A stretch of DNA of 53,869 nucleotides from Halocafeteria seosinensis (GCA_001687465.1 LVLI01000276.1:1-53869), one strand, 5' to 3'; positions 1 through 14,078 are shown, counted from the first letter of the stretch. Made by a program: numbers and translations. The notes: a model not told the origin generated them from the letters alone.

Positions 1-16
1 CTATTTTATTTTGCAG

Positions 17-109
17 AAGCGTTTGAGACAGTTGGGAGACGAGCAGCAGAGCAAAGACGGGCCCATNCAGATATTCGGTCAAGCGGCAGAACTCCAAACG
101 TTGACCTAG
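17..109 (+). CDS. Possible last exon of a gene starting upstream of the window
   Basis: Pyrimidine-rich acceptor ttttattttgcag ends at 16, followed by 30 open codons (KRLRQLGDEQQSKDGP...) and TAG at 107-109. The frame is assumed. Confidence 0.3.
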   Translation, partial: KRLRQLGDEQQSKDGPXQIFGQAAELQTLT

Positions 110-869
110 AAGAGCGAACGACAAGCGAATCGCAGCGACGACGATGTTGTCACAGTGGATAAACGATGTAAATCGCACGTCATTAAAAGTTGTTATTCGC
201 TCCTGTTGTCTACAGGTGTTTCTCAGAGGACTGCCCCATGCAAGCTCAGAAGCGTCATCAGATACGTCGGGTCCGGTCTTACTGCATTCAAGTATGTTTT
301 GAAATTCCTACTGGAGGGAGTTCTTAACTTGTTTGATCAGCCCACTGGTTACTTAACGAACAGTACCTACTGGTATCCCTCCAAACCGGGCTGCCAACAC
401 ACACTTGCAACCATCTTTCAAGCAACTGCTCCTGTACTGCATAGACTAACCACTATTAGAAAGAATGCCAAAATGGCCTGGCACTACCTGTAAATTAGCT
501 AACCTAGGTCCTACAATTCCACTACTGGTATAGACGAACTCAAATGCCACTAAGCCACGGAACTAACTACTAGGCTATATAATAAAAAAGTAATTGATTA
601 TATTAGAATTTTTAACAAAGATTCAGCAAGCTTCAGGCCCTGGAAGTTCCAGGCTGGAACAGTTGAACTGCTTCACACAATGCAACTTCACACAGTCAAA
701 CTTTTTGAATTTGCCGGGGAGGGGCGCCGTTAAACGACTTTAGCCGTGCAATAGGTTGTGGATAGGATCGCTCAGCTATTGTATAGCAGTAGTATATTAT
801 TTGCCCCACTGTTTTCTTGACTGTTGAGGTGCTTCGATCAGTGTGCTGCTCTTTCGCATTGAGCACAAC

Positions 870-3036
870 ATGACCTCAACGGCGCCGCGTGCTACTCCAA
901 CGGCGGCTCCACAAAATGGCAGGGCCACCACTCGTGGAGATGCCTCCCAAAAGAGGAGATTTGAGTTGTATGCGAATCAGAACACACTCAACAAACAGGC
1001 ACAGGACAATGCCCCCATTCCTCAGGATGTCAACAACCGACCGAGGTAAGTATCCCCCCGCGCCCTCCAGTCCGGAGCAATTCTACACATCGTGCTGCCG
1101 ATGCAGAGTAGCTCCGGATCCGGTAAGCTCAGGAATATCCTTTCGAAATCTTCCGGAAGCAACGCTGGAACAAGTAAGCATTTCGTCCGGAACCATCGTG
1201 GAAGCGCCATAGTACACCTTGGAATGACCTGCAACAGATCATTCGTTGTTGCCATCATTACGAAGAGAAAGCATCCGGCAAGTACTCTGCTAGAACCCTA
1301 GCGGCAAGGTACGTCTCGGAAGTTAAGTTCTTCAACTAACATCAACACAGTGTACTGGACGGACGATAACTGCAGGTATCTGTTTGATTTATCGAGGGAA
1401 GTGCAAGACCTCACACGCGTGTTGAGAAATCGAGAAGCTGAAAGAGAGTCAAGGATACGCTATCTTGAGGTATGTTTCATTCTTCTTGTGTTTATCCCCA
1501 GTGCTTATGCAGACGCATTCACATCGTACCAATCATTTACAGCATCTCGTGAAGAACTGGGCTGATGTCTTCGGAACGCCTTCCGAAGAATTGAGGCGAC
1601 TGGGAATAAAACAGGAGGACTCTGAGAGCCAGCTACCATCCAATATAGCAAACAAGCTGATCAGTTTGGATCGGCAGTTGCGCAGCAAGCAGAATGAACT
1701 GGACGAGTCAAAGCAGAAGTTCCGCGATGACATTGAAACAATGCGCCGACACTTAGATGAACAGTCAAGAGCAGCTAAAGAAAGCACATCATCCGAAGTA
1801 GCTGAAGTGACCAGGAGGTACGAGAAAGAGATGGCGGAGCTTGAGAGGCAGCGCGATGCTGCACAAGAGGAGGTCGAGCGACAAAAATCCCGACTACATG
1901 AAAACTATCAACGTCACGTGTACTCAGAGATAAACCAAGCCGTCCAAACTGAGGCATCCCGATGGGAGTCTGCCAATGAACAACTGCGCCAGCAACTCGA
2001 TGAGACGTCATCTGAAGTGAACCGTTTACGGGACCAACTAAAGAGTGAGCAAAGCACCCGCGAACACGACAATCGCCGGAGTAACCAAGCAATTGAAGAC
2101 TTACGGAAGCAGTTACAACACCAGCAACAGGCGGCGGAGGATGCAGCCAAGTCGGCTGCAAGACAAGTGGAAGAGTGCAGGTATAAGCATGCCCAAGAGC
2201 TACAGTCGCAACAGGAAGAGTTTGCAAACACCGTTGCCGCCCAAAGAGTCCGAGATTTGGAAAGCAAGTGTCGTTGGTTAGCAAACCGCGTACTCGAGTT
2301 GCAAAGACTAGCAGATTCGCTTCAGGCTGCCTTGGCGCGGGAAATGGGAATGCCCGTAGCTACTGAAACCCTTAAACGCCTCCAGCAGTACCCTCAAAAT
2401 ATTGACCAGATTATTCAACAAAAACTAAAACCCCAAGACGAGGAGAACAAGACGCAAGAGGCCTCCATAAGTAATGTCGCATCTCTGACTCGCCAGCAGT
2501 ACTACCCACAGTACACGCAGTCCGAAACGGGCACACTGTCCAATGGAGTTCCGCCTCAAGCTGGACAGCACAGAGGAGGGAAACAAGAGAAACCGCCAGG
2601 CAAGCGCGTTATGCCCAAGAATGCTCTTCAGCGTAGATACAATGCCGCGGCACTCGGATGGGTCGAGCCTGGACCACTGGCCACTCCCTCTCAACCTCGA
2701 AGCACAGGCCATGTCGAAGATGTTCCCGGGTCCACCGCGTTTAATGATGTCCAGAGACCCCGAACCAGCCAACAGCTGAATCATACACAACACATAAGGC
2801 AAGGCCAGCGTGGTACAAACTCAACCGAGGAGTGGACTGACGAGGGGTTGACGGGCCTGTCTACCCAGGAAGCGCCATTGGGAGATTCCGAACTCCTGCT
2901 TAGTGGCCGCCCAGATATGAGTCGGGACAGCCTATTGCAAAGCTCCGCCGTATATGCTATGGAAGATGCATCCCGTCAGGGTAAGCAGCGGGATCCTGTA
3001 CCGATCTTTTATCATCCGCGTCGGCATCGTGACTAG
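870..3036 (+). CDS. Long coiled-coil protein of unknown function, 5 exons
   Basis: ATG at 870. GT-AG introns at 1046-1106, 1174-1237, 1309-1376 and 1470-1542 join short exons in frame to the E/Q/R/K-rich ORF that ends at 3036. Confidence 0.7.
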
Positions 3037-3403
3037 ATTCCAACAACGACGTACCAGCGTCGAGGCAGCATATGTCAAGTTCTTTCTGGCTTTGCAATCG
3101 ATGACTCCAGCGGTTGGGTTCGGAGGTTGGTACGTAGTAACTCGGTTCCTCCCACTTGAACTTGCCCCGTAGTATGCTTCCATCATCATGTGAAGTCCTC
3201 ACACCATCTAGTACCCAACCCATTGGGCATACTACGGGACCCACTTGGCAAGTTCAATGGCTTATATCATCATGTGAAGTTCAAACCACCACTAGGGGTA
3301 GCGACTACAGTAACCGAATAAATGAATGGATTGTGTACAAGTCGTTGTTGCCATTAATTTTACACTTATACAGTAGCGAGTAAGACACAAAACAAAGGGA
3401 GAT

Positions 3404-4864
3404 ATGTCCGAGGAGAAGCCTCCCATGCAGCGCTGCATTCTGTCCGAGCAGGACCAGGACAGGTTCCAGGAATCGGTTGTACGTGCATGCACACATGCAG
3501 ACCAAAAATACTACAGAGGACCGGGTGTGTTTTAGTTGCTTGCTTGTCTGTGCAGGCATATCGTGATATTGTCAAGTTTGTGGGGTTGATCAATGACAGC
3601 GTCAAGTACTTACGATGCCAGGATGTGGACGATTCCAAGGCCTTGTCAGCGCCAGTCAAGGAGATATTGAGAGCCTTGGATGAAATGTATGCATGGGTGG
3701 ATGAAATTACGCCAGTGGAGCAGCCGATGCGCTTCGGGAACAAGTCCTTCCGAACGTGGCACTCCCGTCTCGGTGACAAAGCCATCACCTTTGTGGAAAA
3801 CTTGCTCGCCGCGACGGCCGAACCATGGGACAAACTACCCTTGGAGACCGACAAGAATGAGGAGCTGTGCCGTCGTTGCAAATCGTTCGAGGAAGACACT
3901 GCGCTCAAGCAGCATGTGATTTCCTTGCAAAGAGACCACGTTGACGAAGACACACTCTGTGCGGAATTGTGCGCCTACTTGTCGGACTCATTCGGAAATG
4001 CAACACGCATCGACTATGGGACAGGACATGAAACTAACTTCTTCATTTTTCTACGTAAGTCGTATGCCCTCTTTCTGTTAGTTGATGATGCTCCGGAAAC
4101 ATGTGTTGTGTGTGGGTGGGTGTGGGTGTGCAGTTGGATTGTATCGCGTGGGTGTCTTGACACCCAACGACCTCCCGATACTTGGTTTGAAAGTGTATTC
4201 CCGATATTTACGAACTGCAAGAAGGCTCCAAGTTGACTATATGCTGGAACCTGCGGGAAGCCATGGCGTCTGGTCATTGGATGACTATCAAATGCTCGTG
4301 TTTTTATTTGGAAGTAGCCAGTTAGTGGGCCACGATGCCCTGGAACCATCGAGCATTCACAGCCCCGAAGCACTGGAAACCTACAAAGAAGATTATCTAT
4401 ATTTCGGAGCCATTTCCTTTATTCACCAGGTCAAACACGGAGGCCCCTTTGCGGAGCACAGCCCTATTCTCAACGATGTATCGGCTCTGCCTACTTGGAA
4501 GAAAGTGAACACGGGAATGCAGCGCATGTACAGAGCCGAGGTTCTGGGAAAGAAGCCGATTACCCAGCATATACTATTTGGGAAACTACTTCAGTGCGAT
4601 TGGGAACCTTCAACGAGCGCCAGCCAATACTATGGTAGTGCTTTCGCCAGTTCAACCAACCCCGGTGGATTTAGCGCAGCCGCTGGTGGCGATGTAGCAC
4701 CATGGGCAAAATCTGTACCGACTCACCGTAGCGAAACGCTTCCAGGAGGCGGAGTACAATCAGTAGCCCCGTGGGCGCAACCTGCAGAAGATTCACCCAT
4801 CCAAGTGGCGCAAAATGCCATGAAAGACCACCGCAAACACCGGGCATCTTCGACAGACAAATAA
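3404..4864 (+). CDS. PTPA: Serine/threonine phosphatase 2A activator (PTPA/RRD family)
   Basis: Motifs MRFGNKSFRTW, SFGNATRIDYGTGHE, YMLEPAGSHGVWSLDDYQ, FAEHSPIL and YRAEVLGK. Introns 3479-3555 and 4055-4133 keep the frame. Confidence 0.95.
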
Positions 4865-4953
4865 TATACCCATCCGCAGTCTCCTTGCATGTATACCAGG
4901 AGTGCTTTGTTGAGCCATTCCTAGACAAAACGACAGGCACGCTCACCTACACA

Positions 4954-7900
4954 CTATTTCAGGGAGACCCCTGGTTTGAGTGCACATCCACTAATTTCGA
5001 GTGGCCTAGCAGAACTAGCGTTGGACGAAGCAGAGGGTCTGTTCCGTTCTTTTGCGTAAGTCTTCCGATAAGTATGGTCGCCGTGGCTGCAAAAATGAAA
5101 ATTCGGTGCGTCTGGAAGCAATGATTTGGTGCTGCTCAGCATTGACGAATACGAAGTGCTAGGCAAACTCTGCCAACATGAAGTCTCTTCCGATAGTTCT
5201 CCCACCGACTCATCCGAGTAGGCAGGGCCTCTCGTCGTAGGCATAGCAACAACCCATCTAGATTCACTGGGATACGTTTTCCGAGGTACTTCGTGTCTCC
5301 TTGTTTGCGCTCTTGGTCCATCTTGCGGTGGAGGGTTGGAAGCAGCACTTTTGGGGGGGCGATACGTTGCTCCGCGAGGCTTCTCCTGATGATGTGCTGA
5401 GGCGGTGCAAGTGTCATCCTTAGGATATGGGTTCCCCTCGTACATCCCTTTCAATTTACGCTGTGGACTATCTGCGGGCAGGCTTCGACAAGAAATGGAC
5501 CTCAAATATGTAGTGGCATGTTCCCCAGTGCGGCGAGTCTCCAAATGGGATCTTGAAGATACACCATGTAGGGATCGGTGGGAACTTGAACGTGAACGCC
5601 TTGAAACTTTTGGTAGCTTCAACGAATGCTCCTTTGCGAGTTGTTTGCGGCGTTCGAGTGCTTCTTCGCGGCGACGATTTAAAGCCTCTGACCCGCCTTG
5701 CAGCACTGAGCCAGAAGCATAGCTGGCTTGCTCCATCAAATGGTCATATTGCTCTTGTTTTCGCTGATCGTCCGCAGGCATGAGTCGAACATATCTACAA
5801 TCGGTCTTGTATCCCCATGCCTGATCTCGGGTTCCAAATGCGTTAGACAGATCTCCGTAACAAATGACATCTTCATACAACGCACGAAGTTCCTTGACAG
5901 AATAGTGATCGACTCGCCCACGCACAGAGGGTGAACGAGATATCATGGGAGCAAAAGATTTTTTCAGCCACTGTTCAGATGCTGCTCCAAGTCTAAGTGC
6001 ATCTCCAACGGCCAACAGCTTTACAATTGCATCCAGCACACTATCAGAATGAAACGACGGTGACTGGTTGACCTCGATCAACTGAGGCTTTACGCTCTTG
6101 GAAGCACGATCGCGAGCAAACATGATATCGAAGCCGAGTACTTCAAAACACATAAACCCGTCTGACTCAGCGTCAAAGCTCTTATGGGCTTGCTTTCCAG
6201 GCAAAGACCCGTTTTTCCTGTTCTCAGCAACCTTGTCTCCTCGGTTTCTCGTACCCACGGTAGCTGCTGCATAATGATGACGCAGAGTCGGTGCTATAGA
6301 AGCAACAGTTTTTGCGACTACGTCGCAGGTTTCACTCCACAGCTGATCAACATCGATGCCTTTTTGCTCCCTTAGAACAGACATAACTGCGGAAAGGCTC
6401 CACTTGGGGCCTCCAGAGCCACATTCGTCAGTCGACATTAGGACTGGATGTTCGCGAAATCCGGCGAAGGGGTCGACTATAACCCCCTCTGGAGTTTCCA
6501 GTTGGTTGCCTAGCGCTTCATTAAAAAGTCGCGTAAGTTGTTCATCTACCTCGATTTCATCGTTAGCGCCGTCTAGTTCGTTGCCGCTGGATTGATAATC
6601 CGCATCAGGCACGGGCGAGCCATCAGCAACACTTGCCGTACTTTCAGTCACGTAACTAGGTGACTCGTTATCGAGGTCTCTGTCACAATCGCCTTGCAGA
6701 TTTAAATGGAGTTCTTGGCCTTTGTTTACTGCATAGTTGGTCAAGTGCATCATTCGATTTTTCGAGTTTTTTGTCGTCGGCCGTTTATACGGTTTCGTTG
6801 CAAACCGCGCTAAGCCTTCACTCTGCGCGAAAGGGTAAACAGTAATCCAACGTCGACTACACAAAATGCTTGACTGCAAAGGGGTGATGCTTACCAGAAG
6901 AAATACACGGGGCTCTGGTTGAACGGCAGAAACACAAGCGTATAGTCTCAAATCAAACTTGTGCCCACCAATAAGGACAGGGTTGTCGATATATTTCTGT
7001 ACTAGCTTCGAGGGTTTGTCAACCGAGTCTAGGGTCGTTCCAAACGACAGAAGTCGGGATGGGTTGGTGACGAGCTGAATCCCCTGGCCTTGCGAGCTGC
7101 TATCGGGTTTGCTGATGAAGACGTGCTTTGGGACCTTCCTACGTCGTTTCTGTGTCCCTAAATCGGCCGCGGAGGGAGAGTCATCCTCTCCCTGAGGAAA
7201 GAAAACTTTACTCTGACTATCTTTCGATACGGGCGTGCTGGAACAGTCCCCGTCTGCCTCACCATGACAGTATACGTCGCTCTCACCCACACTCTTCCCC
7301 ACAGCGGGTATACTGTGTACAGGTGAGTCAGTTGGTGGTCGTTCTCCGTTCAATTTATGCGTACCGGTCTGAGTGTGCTTCGGCGTAACCAAAGCTTTTC
7401 CTGATTTGCCAGAAAGATCTCCGTTCTCGAGATAACGCTGGAGTGATGCTCGGTCAGCTGGTAGGACAAATGTAGGCGGGAAAAACGAGAACTCATTGGA
7501 GCTCACTTTCTTCATGCGGGTCAAGTGTCGTCCCAGGGAACACTTAGCGCATATTTGATACATGCCGCTAAAATGATTAATTTTGATTTCCACTCTCTGC
7601 AAATCCATTGAGGTCCATACGTCCATCCACGCTATATCAGCATTCTTTGGCGACGTGAGTTTCCAACCAAGGAACCTGTCAACAGCAACAATAGTGCACT
7701 CCCTCTGACGGGAAGAACAGGGGGAAGAGTCATTGCTCATCGTCACTTACGGTGCGATACGAGCAATGAGAGGATAGCTGGCCTTCCTCGTGCAAAAATT
7801 CAACAAAGGCCATGCACGTTCCTCCTTTTCCGTTATAGTCACGTCACTGTTGTTAATATCTGTACACTCGCCCGAACGATGAGCCTGCGTTTGATACGCC

Positions 7901-8046
7901 GAGTAAGGGCTACCGACCCCTCTGCCACCGCCGCCGGAAACTGGCCCACACTGTAAATTGTCACCGACCACTCCGTCTTGGTGTATCACTTCGCTAGGGC
8001 AGTTAGAGACTGTCATTTGAGATTCATTTGGGCAGTCCTTGTCCAT
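4954..8046 (-). CDS. Tubulin-tyrosine ligase-like protein (probable polyglutamylase)
   Basis: Motifs KINHFSGM, FISKPDSSSQGQGI, VQKYIDNP..KFDLRLY, GLARFAT, HLTNYAVNK, CFEVLGFDIM and LIEVNQSPSF. Introns 7750-7676 and 6894-6823 (72 nt, in frame). Confidence 0.92.
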
Positions 8047-8891
8047 TTCCGTTGAGAGATTACCGTATCCGGAGAATCAACGTCATTGCGATTACAGGTG
8101 TAGACCTGCAAGGAGCCAATATACAACAGTGAGTCACGTTCACCGGCTAGTCTATCTAGGAGAAACAAGTTGAGTTGAGAATAAACACCCGGGTTGGATG
8201 TATGCAAGTTGAATACACACACACGTTTGCAAACCGGTTAGTTCATCATTTCTCCCATCAAACTGCGGAACTTCAACTCGCCGCAGCATCTCCAACCAAA
8301 TAAAGTAGCCGCTCTTCTACCACCCTTCCTCCGTTTAGCAACCAGCATTGTGCAGGAGCATAACCAGTTAAATGGGTCATGCCTGCGTGGGCTTGGGACA
8401 AAATTTAGCCGACGCGCTCCATGATGCAAAGAGCCCGATGGTGCGATCCCATGTCGCACATACACACAGACGCTGCAAGCATGATTTACCGGGAGACATA
8501 CCTCTGTCACAACTTACATTCGCCCGAATGCTACCCCTTCCAAGGTTCAGGTGGCAAGAGGACAAGAGGAGGACTTTCTGCATGAAGCTCGCAACACTGT
8601 GTGCTTCTCCAAGGCTAATTGTCACCCAAGAACAAGCGCTACATGCATCCACGATCCCACATATACAGTAAAGACCCACTGCAAACTACTCGGTGCAATT
8701 GGGGGGTTCAAGTCGAACGCAATAACGTGGTATATACAACTATGAACTTTACTTCAACTTGCAGTCTGCCACTAACGCTTGCTCGTGGGCGGTCCGCCGG
8801 GCGGAATTCAACGGGTCTGCAGACTGCGACGCTGCGACGCATTGAAGCCTCTCCAAAACTCTCTCGTTTGCGCTGCCTCTCCCCTCCTGGT

Positions 8892-9003
8892 GGAATAGCG
8901 GGCCCGTCACTGCCAGACACGGGCACGAGCTGCTACCAAAGTGCAGCGGCACACATCACATGAGCCACGTCCAACTGCCGGTGGGCCATCATCAGTCACA
9001 TTT
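8892..9003 (+). mobile_element. Diverged copy of the 3' end of repeat family A (putative retroposon)
   Basis: ggaatagcgggcccgtcactgcc..acacgggc and ccggtgggccatcatcagtcacattt match the reverse complement of 53734-53830. Confidence 0.6.
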
Positions 9004-9454
9004 CGTCGTCGTTACATGTATTCAACCAACAGGGTGGGTTGCAACTGGAACATAGCCAATTAACAAGTACTGAATATTTGGAACGAACATATGACGGTTT
9101 ATAATTTCTATCAGAGGCTGCAGCAAGGGCTCGTGGTATACAGTAATTTGAATGCATGGAGTACAGTACATATTCACATACGTACATGTACATGTACGGT
9201 ACTTGCTACATGTACAGTATGTGGTACAACAACATCTGGGCACTGAACGACAGTGACTACACAGTAGGAGCCCAGTCTAGGTGCGATACTGTACTGCTCT
9301 AACTCAGACCGAAGGAAAAGAGCACTACGCCTGAAACCAGCCTCTTGCCACGAAGGGTGCCAGGCGACTCGTGTGCACCCACTCAGGGTCCCACTGTGTC
9401 GCCGCAGTCTGTGGGTAACCGGCTCGCTGAAGAACAAAGGAAGGTGAGGATGTT

Positions 9455-9545
9455 GGAGCGGTTCCGGGAAGGCTTCACCCCTCACACGGCGTAGCGTAGC
9501 CTGTAGCATACACGTCTTCCGGTAGGAGTAATACTAATACACACA
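9455..9545 (+). repeat. Dispersed repeat family B, copy 1
   Basis: ggagcggttccg...tgtagcatacacgtcttccggtaggagtaatacta. Related sequence lies at 14133-14208 (+) and 47873-47906 (-). Confidence 0.65.
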
Positions 9546-10024
9546 AAGAAGGCAGTGCCGTGTTTGTTTCAACCAACATCCCGCTAGCTCCTCCGGCTAT
9601 CTTGAGCAGTTGGCAAACGTGCGTCAGCCAGTGTACAGTGTACTGTACTGTTGTTGCATTCTCTTTTCTGAGTATTGCAGCATTGCTTCTCTTGCATTAC
9701 CGGTGGGCTATCTGTATCACCGGTAGTTCACAACTACATTTTACTGGTTTATTTTGTTGATGTGTATGGTAGTTATATTGTATTTTCTCCGCTACGATAC
9801 TGTATCCCTCTAAGTTCTCCAATTCTTCGTAGCGTTAACCATGCAAGCAGCTGTCTTCACTCACGACGTACTGCTTACCCCTCTCATGAAAGATTTTAAT
9901 CCTCTTTACCAATGCCAACTCACTGAGGTCTGACTCAGACCGTCTGAGTGTTAGCAGGTGTGGCTGGTCAGGTACTCAGTGGCAAGAGTATGTATGTCCT
10001 AAATGTAAATCGGCAATCACTGCG

Positions 10025-13000
10025 TTATGTTTTTGCTTTCAACTTTGCCAGGTCATTTTTCATTGTTTTCAACGCCTTTGGCCTTCCATCCAACTTTGTA
10101 TAAATGGAAATCCCCTTCTCCTGTAATCTTCTCTGGAGCTCTTTACGAGCTTCGTCTTCGCTCGGTGTACCTTCCATTTTCCACAGTTTGTAGTCGGAAT
10201 AATCACTGATCTTTTCCAGATTGCGCGGTTTCTTTTTCTTTTCTTTCTGAGGAGAGTTCTCATCCTCAACCGCTTCCGAGATTTGACACTTAGCATCAAA
10301 ATACTCCCTTACCGCTTCAAGTTCATTATCCGGCGCTGCTGCAGAGGCGGCGCGTAGGGCGACGGCGGAATTATAGTAACTTTCAAGATGGTCAGCAACC
10401 TGTTCATTACCTATAGAGTTGAACGCGAGACCCATATTCTCCTGGTCTAGCAACACCACATCACAATTTTCCCCAAAAGAGGAACTCTGGAGATACCAGC
10501 CGGTAGACATTTGGTGTATGCAGTAGTAGTCAGTGGAAGCAGAATCCACCTCAGTTACTCCGTGACACAGGCATATCAGCACCTTCTTTATTTCGTTGGT
10601 TACGTCTCGGAGTTGGGACGGAAAGGCTCTTTCAAGCTCCCGCTCTACTCCCTCTATGTCAAGCGGGTTGATTGCACGTGTTATCTGAAAACTGCAAAGT
10701 AGTGGATGCAGATAATAATAAAGGTCACCAACTGAAGAATTGTCAGATGGATAATACAAAACGTTGTTGCGAATGTGTGTCCACACAAACTTCCAATCCG
10801 CGGGGAACACTTTCCGCATTTGCTGACACCGTTTAAGGAATATGGACGGTTCCAAGCGTGTTACTACTTCTTTCTGCTCCTTCGGTCGCTTTTCAATCGA
10901 AGCGACTATCGGATCCTCGCCATCCATCTCCTTCTGAAACACCGGTAGTCTGGCAACACGTAACTCATACGGAGAGTACAACATTTCTCCTTGTGCATCA
11001 GGGAACCGGGGCAAGGGGAGAACCGACTGTATGTTTCGCTTTTCAGACGGAGACGAGCCTTCAATCATTCTTAAATGTATTAATCGGAACATCGACTCTC
11101 CAAAGGCTATACCGTAACTCGTCGAGCCTTTTGAGTCTCCGGCACCGGGCATACAAACGCGCTGCAACAACGCTTTCATGTTGTCTTCAAAGTTTAAGCC
11201 TGGATCCGTCACTTCCCTGTTCCTTTGCGACATGAAGCATCGTGCAACAAAGCGGGCTTTGAGATTGAAATTTTCCCGCTCATGGACCTCCACAGCAGTG
11301 CCATGCCATCGGTCGACGGATTCTCCCAAAGCAGCAGCGAGAATCGTTGGAAACTTAGGCGCAATCAAGTCAGTATCGCTGTCGTGGTCGACGTAGTAGT
11401 TAAATAACCGGCACCAATCAATAACATACCGCGCATCTTCAGAATCAGTAAAGCAACCAGTTTCATCCATCTTTTGTTCAGGATTAAACCTACGCCCCAA
11501 TAATGATGCCACCGCAAGTTTCAAGAAACAGTTCATGTAAGACTTCGCCGCAACGTTAATTATTGTAGCATACTGTTTGATTTGTGATAGAGAGCCGAGC
11601 TTTCCAACAGGACCACTAACCGTTTTTACACTTCTGTCAGCAAAGGCCTCAGCGAACTGCCTCAGCGCCAGCTGCACATAGAACGGGACACCTCCTGTTA
11701 AAACGCGTAGTGTAGAAGCAAGAGAATCATAATATGCGCGGTCTATGCCACCACGACGTCGCATGATATTCTTCATATGGGTTTCGTCCAAACTGTTTAA
11801 ATAGATAGTCTTCAAAACCGATCCATGCGGGGCTCCCACAGGAAGCTGACGAGTCTGCTTATAATACCCACCTCTTGAGGCTCGCAGCAAGTCAGGTAGC
11901 CCACCGATGGCCGCAGGAACAACGAACCCATTCGAAGCCAGATTATGGACCAAACACCACCATAAATGTATAGCAACTGCGTACGCATCCTCGTGCGGAT
12001 TGCTGCCAATTATGCTATTGAGCTCGTCGAAAACAATATACACTCTCAATCTGCTGCTTCTGTCGAGTGACTCGGGGCCACAGAACTAAAGTTGGTACGG
12101 AGTTCCTCTCCGAGACGCGCCATCAAATCCGCATCTTGTTCATACGCCGGAGAATTCCCTTGGTCCTGGTTCGTGTACCGGAACGGCGTTTTCCTAAGAC
12201 ACTCTTTCAGACTAGCCGTTGCCCTTTCTCGAAATGTTTGCTGCTGCTCAGGGGTTAACCACTGCCGAAATTCTAGATTCGAAGCGTCCACAGAGTTGCT
12301 AGTTCCGTCTTCGGTGAGAGGCCCTGATGGTATGCGAGCAAATGTCAATGCTTCTACTAATCCGACCACTAGTGCTTCACCTGCAACACAAACAGACGTT
12401 GAACGACCAATCACCTAGGGCGTTGTCGGTAATTCGACCAGCAACGGCAATGTCAACGCCAATGCATACCTGGGAGTAATTCTCGATGTAGTCGTAGGCA
12501 GTCAACGTAGCAGTGATACACCTTGATGGGTTGTTTTTCAAAGGAACCACACAACGTCTCTTGATATAGATCGGCCGCAAGCCCACGTGTGAACAATTGA
12601 GACTTTCCAACTCCCCAACCTGAAGCAACAACGGGGAACTCATACGGGTCCTTCAGATCAGTCGGTGGACCTGATTTGCTCAGTATTCGTCGAAGCTCTT
12701 TTATCTGCAGCTCTCGATTTTCGAAGGAAGACCCTTCGAAGATTGGCAACTCCGTGGGGTTTTCCTGCGGATTGGCTTCAAGCCATTCCACTGCAAACAT
12801 AGGGAACACAGAATGCTATCGAACCCACTAAATTTTTCCAGGCAGGTAACTTACCGAATCCTGCGGTCCCGAGAGGTGTTGCTGGTGTCGTATTTCCTGC
12901 ATGGAATAGTGACGGTAGTGCTTCACACATTTCACATATACGGAGGGTGGACAGGTACATACCGATATACTTTTGGCTCTCATGGAACGCAGTGGAACCT

Positions 13001-13614
13001 AAAGAGGTGGCTCTGCGAACGTTTTCTTCCCGGAAGAACTCTATAGCTTTTTCTTCTGTATCGAATGGAGCTCTTCCGAACGCAAAATTGAAATTTTCAC
13101 AGCTTTCACGCAAGAGTCGTGCTTATCCCCCAAATACATCTTGTTTCTTTCCAACCATTCAAGTAATGCTTCTTTTCCTGTGGGTAGTGCTGCTTCAAAG
13201 AAAGTGAAACATTAGGGAGAAACTTAACTGCTTGTATGCAGTCCGTATGATATGCGGGAGTCACTTACGCTTGTTTCCCGCAGTGCTTGAAGGAAGTTGA
13301 ACGGCGGCGGGATCTTCCGGTGAGGCCTGCTGTCCATTACCCGAACTGCTTGGCTGAGAAGTAAATGAGGACCGAAAGAATTTCTGCCCCACCAAATTAA
13401 ATCCTGTCTTCGGTATATTCAGTCTCTGAGGGCGACGGGCGAGGGATACATTCCAAACGGAAAGGACATTTGGTAGGATCCTCGTGTTCTCAGTCGTGGG
13501 CACAAACGCTTTTGCTCTTGTCCACGTTCCAGAGCCTCGGCTGGCACCAAAGGTACTCCGTTCATGAGGCCCCACAGTTACTGTGGTCTTGCGCTTTGCT
13601 CTCCCTGAGAACAT
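10025..13614 (-). pseudogene. Crinkler/CR-type effector: N-terminal header + P-loop NTPase + PD-(D/E)xK nuclease-like domain, with two apparent frameshifts
   Basis: Walker A PVVASGWGVGKS, Walker B VYIVFDE, helical LTGGVPFYV and a nuclease-like core LYYPSDNSSVGDLYY...SFQIT. Four GT-AG introns link the exons. Frame breaks near 13120 and 12050-12090 are not explained by splicing. Confidence 0.7.
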
Positions 13615-14035
13615 GAGAATTACACTACCGGTGTCGTTTCAAACGGTGGAAACTTTTTTTGTTCCCTTATGTTTTTCCTCTTTGTTTGTGTACACGTGGA
13701 GCGAGATGGAAACCTATACACTTTTTACTGGATTCAAAACGTTTTCTAAAATTCGCATTCGTTATCTTGTTGTAAGATTTTTCCTGGCCAGAAATCGTGC
13801 TTAACAAAGCTACACGCTGAAGTGTGTGCTGAAGACGAAGTTTTATGTTCACAAACCCCATAGAATCGTGCCTTCCTGTTTTCCGATTGGTTCCTGCAAG
13901 ACTTGGTTATTTGGTTTGTCTGTCCAATGGCGGTCTAGAACATTTCGGCTGGAATTCAATTAGCTCCTTTAGTAGGCTGAACTTCCTAGTACCACGGCCG
14001 AAGCATTTCAGTAAGAAGACCAATATTGGTCTTAT

Positions 14036-14078
14036 CACACACACACACACACATGTGATGTATGTGACAGAGAAGCCC
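14036..14078 (-). mobile_element. Family A 3' terminus with (TG)n tail
   Basis: The minus strand reads gggcttctctgtcacat-acatcacat-(gt)8, matching the ggctatctgtcacat-(tg)n ends at 43045-43077 and 53725-53750. Confidence 0.6.

Noticed and set aside
9927..9950. Overlapping small palindromes ggtctgactcagacc / actcagac-c-gtctgagt
   Set aside because: Isolated, with no partner terminus or second copy to give it meaning.
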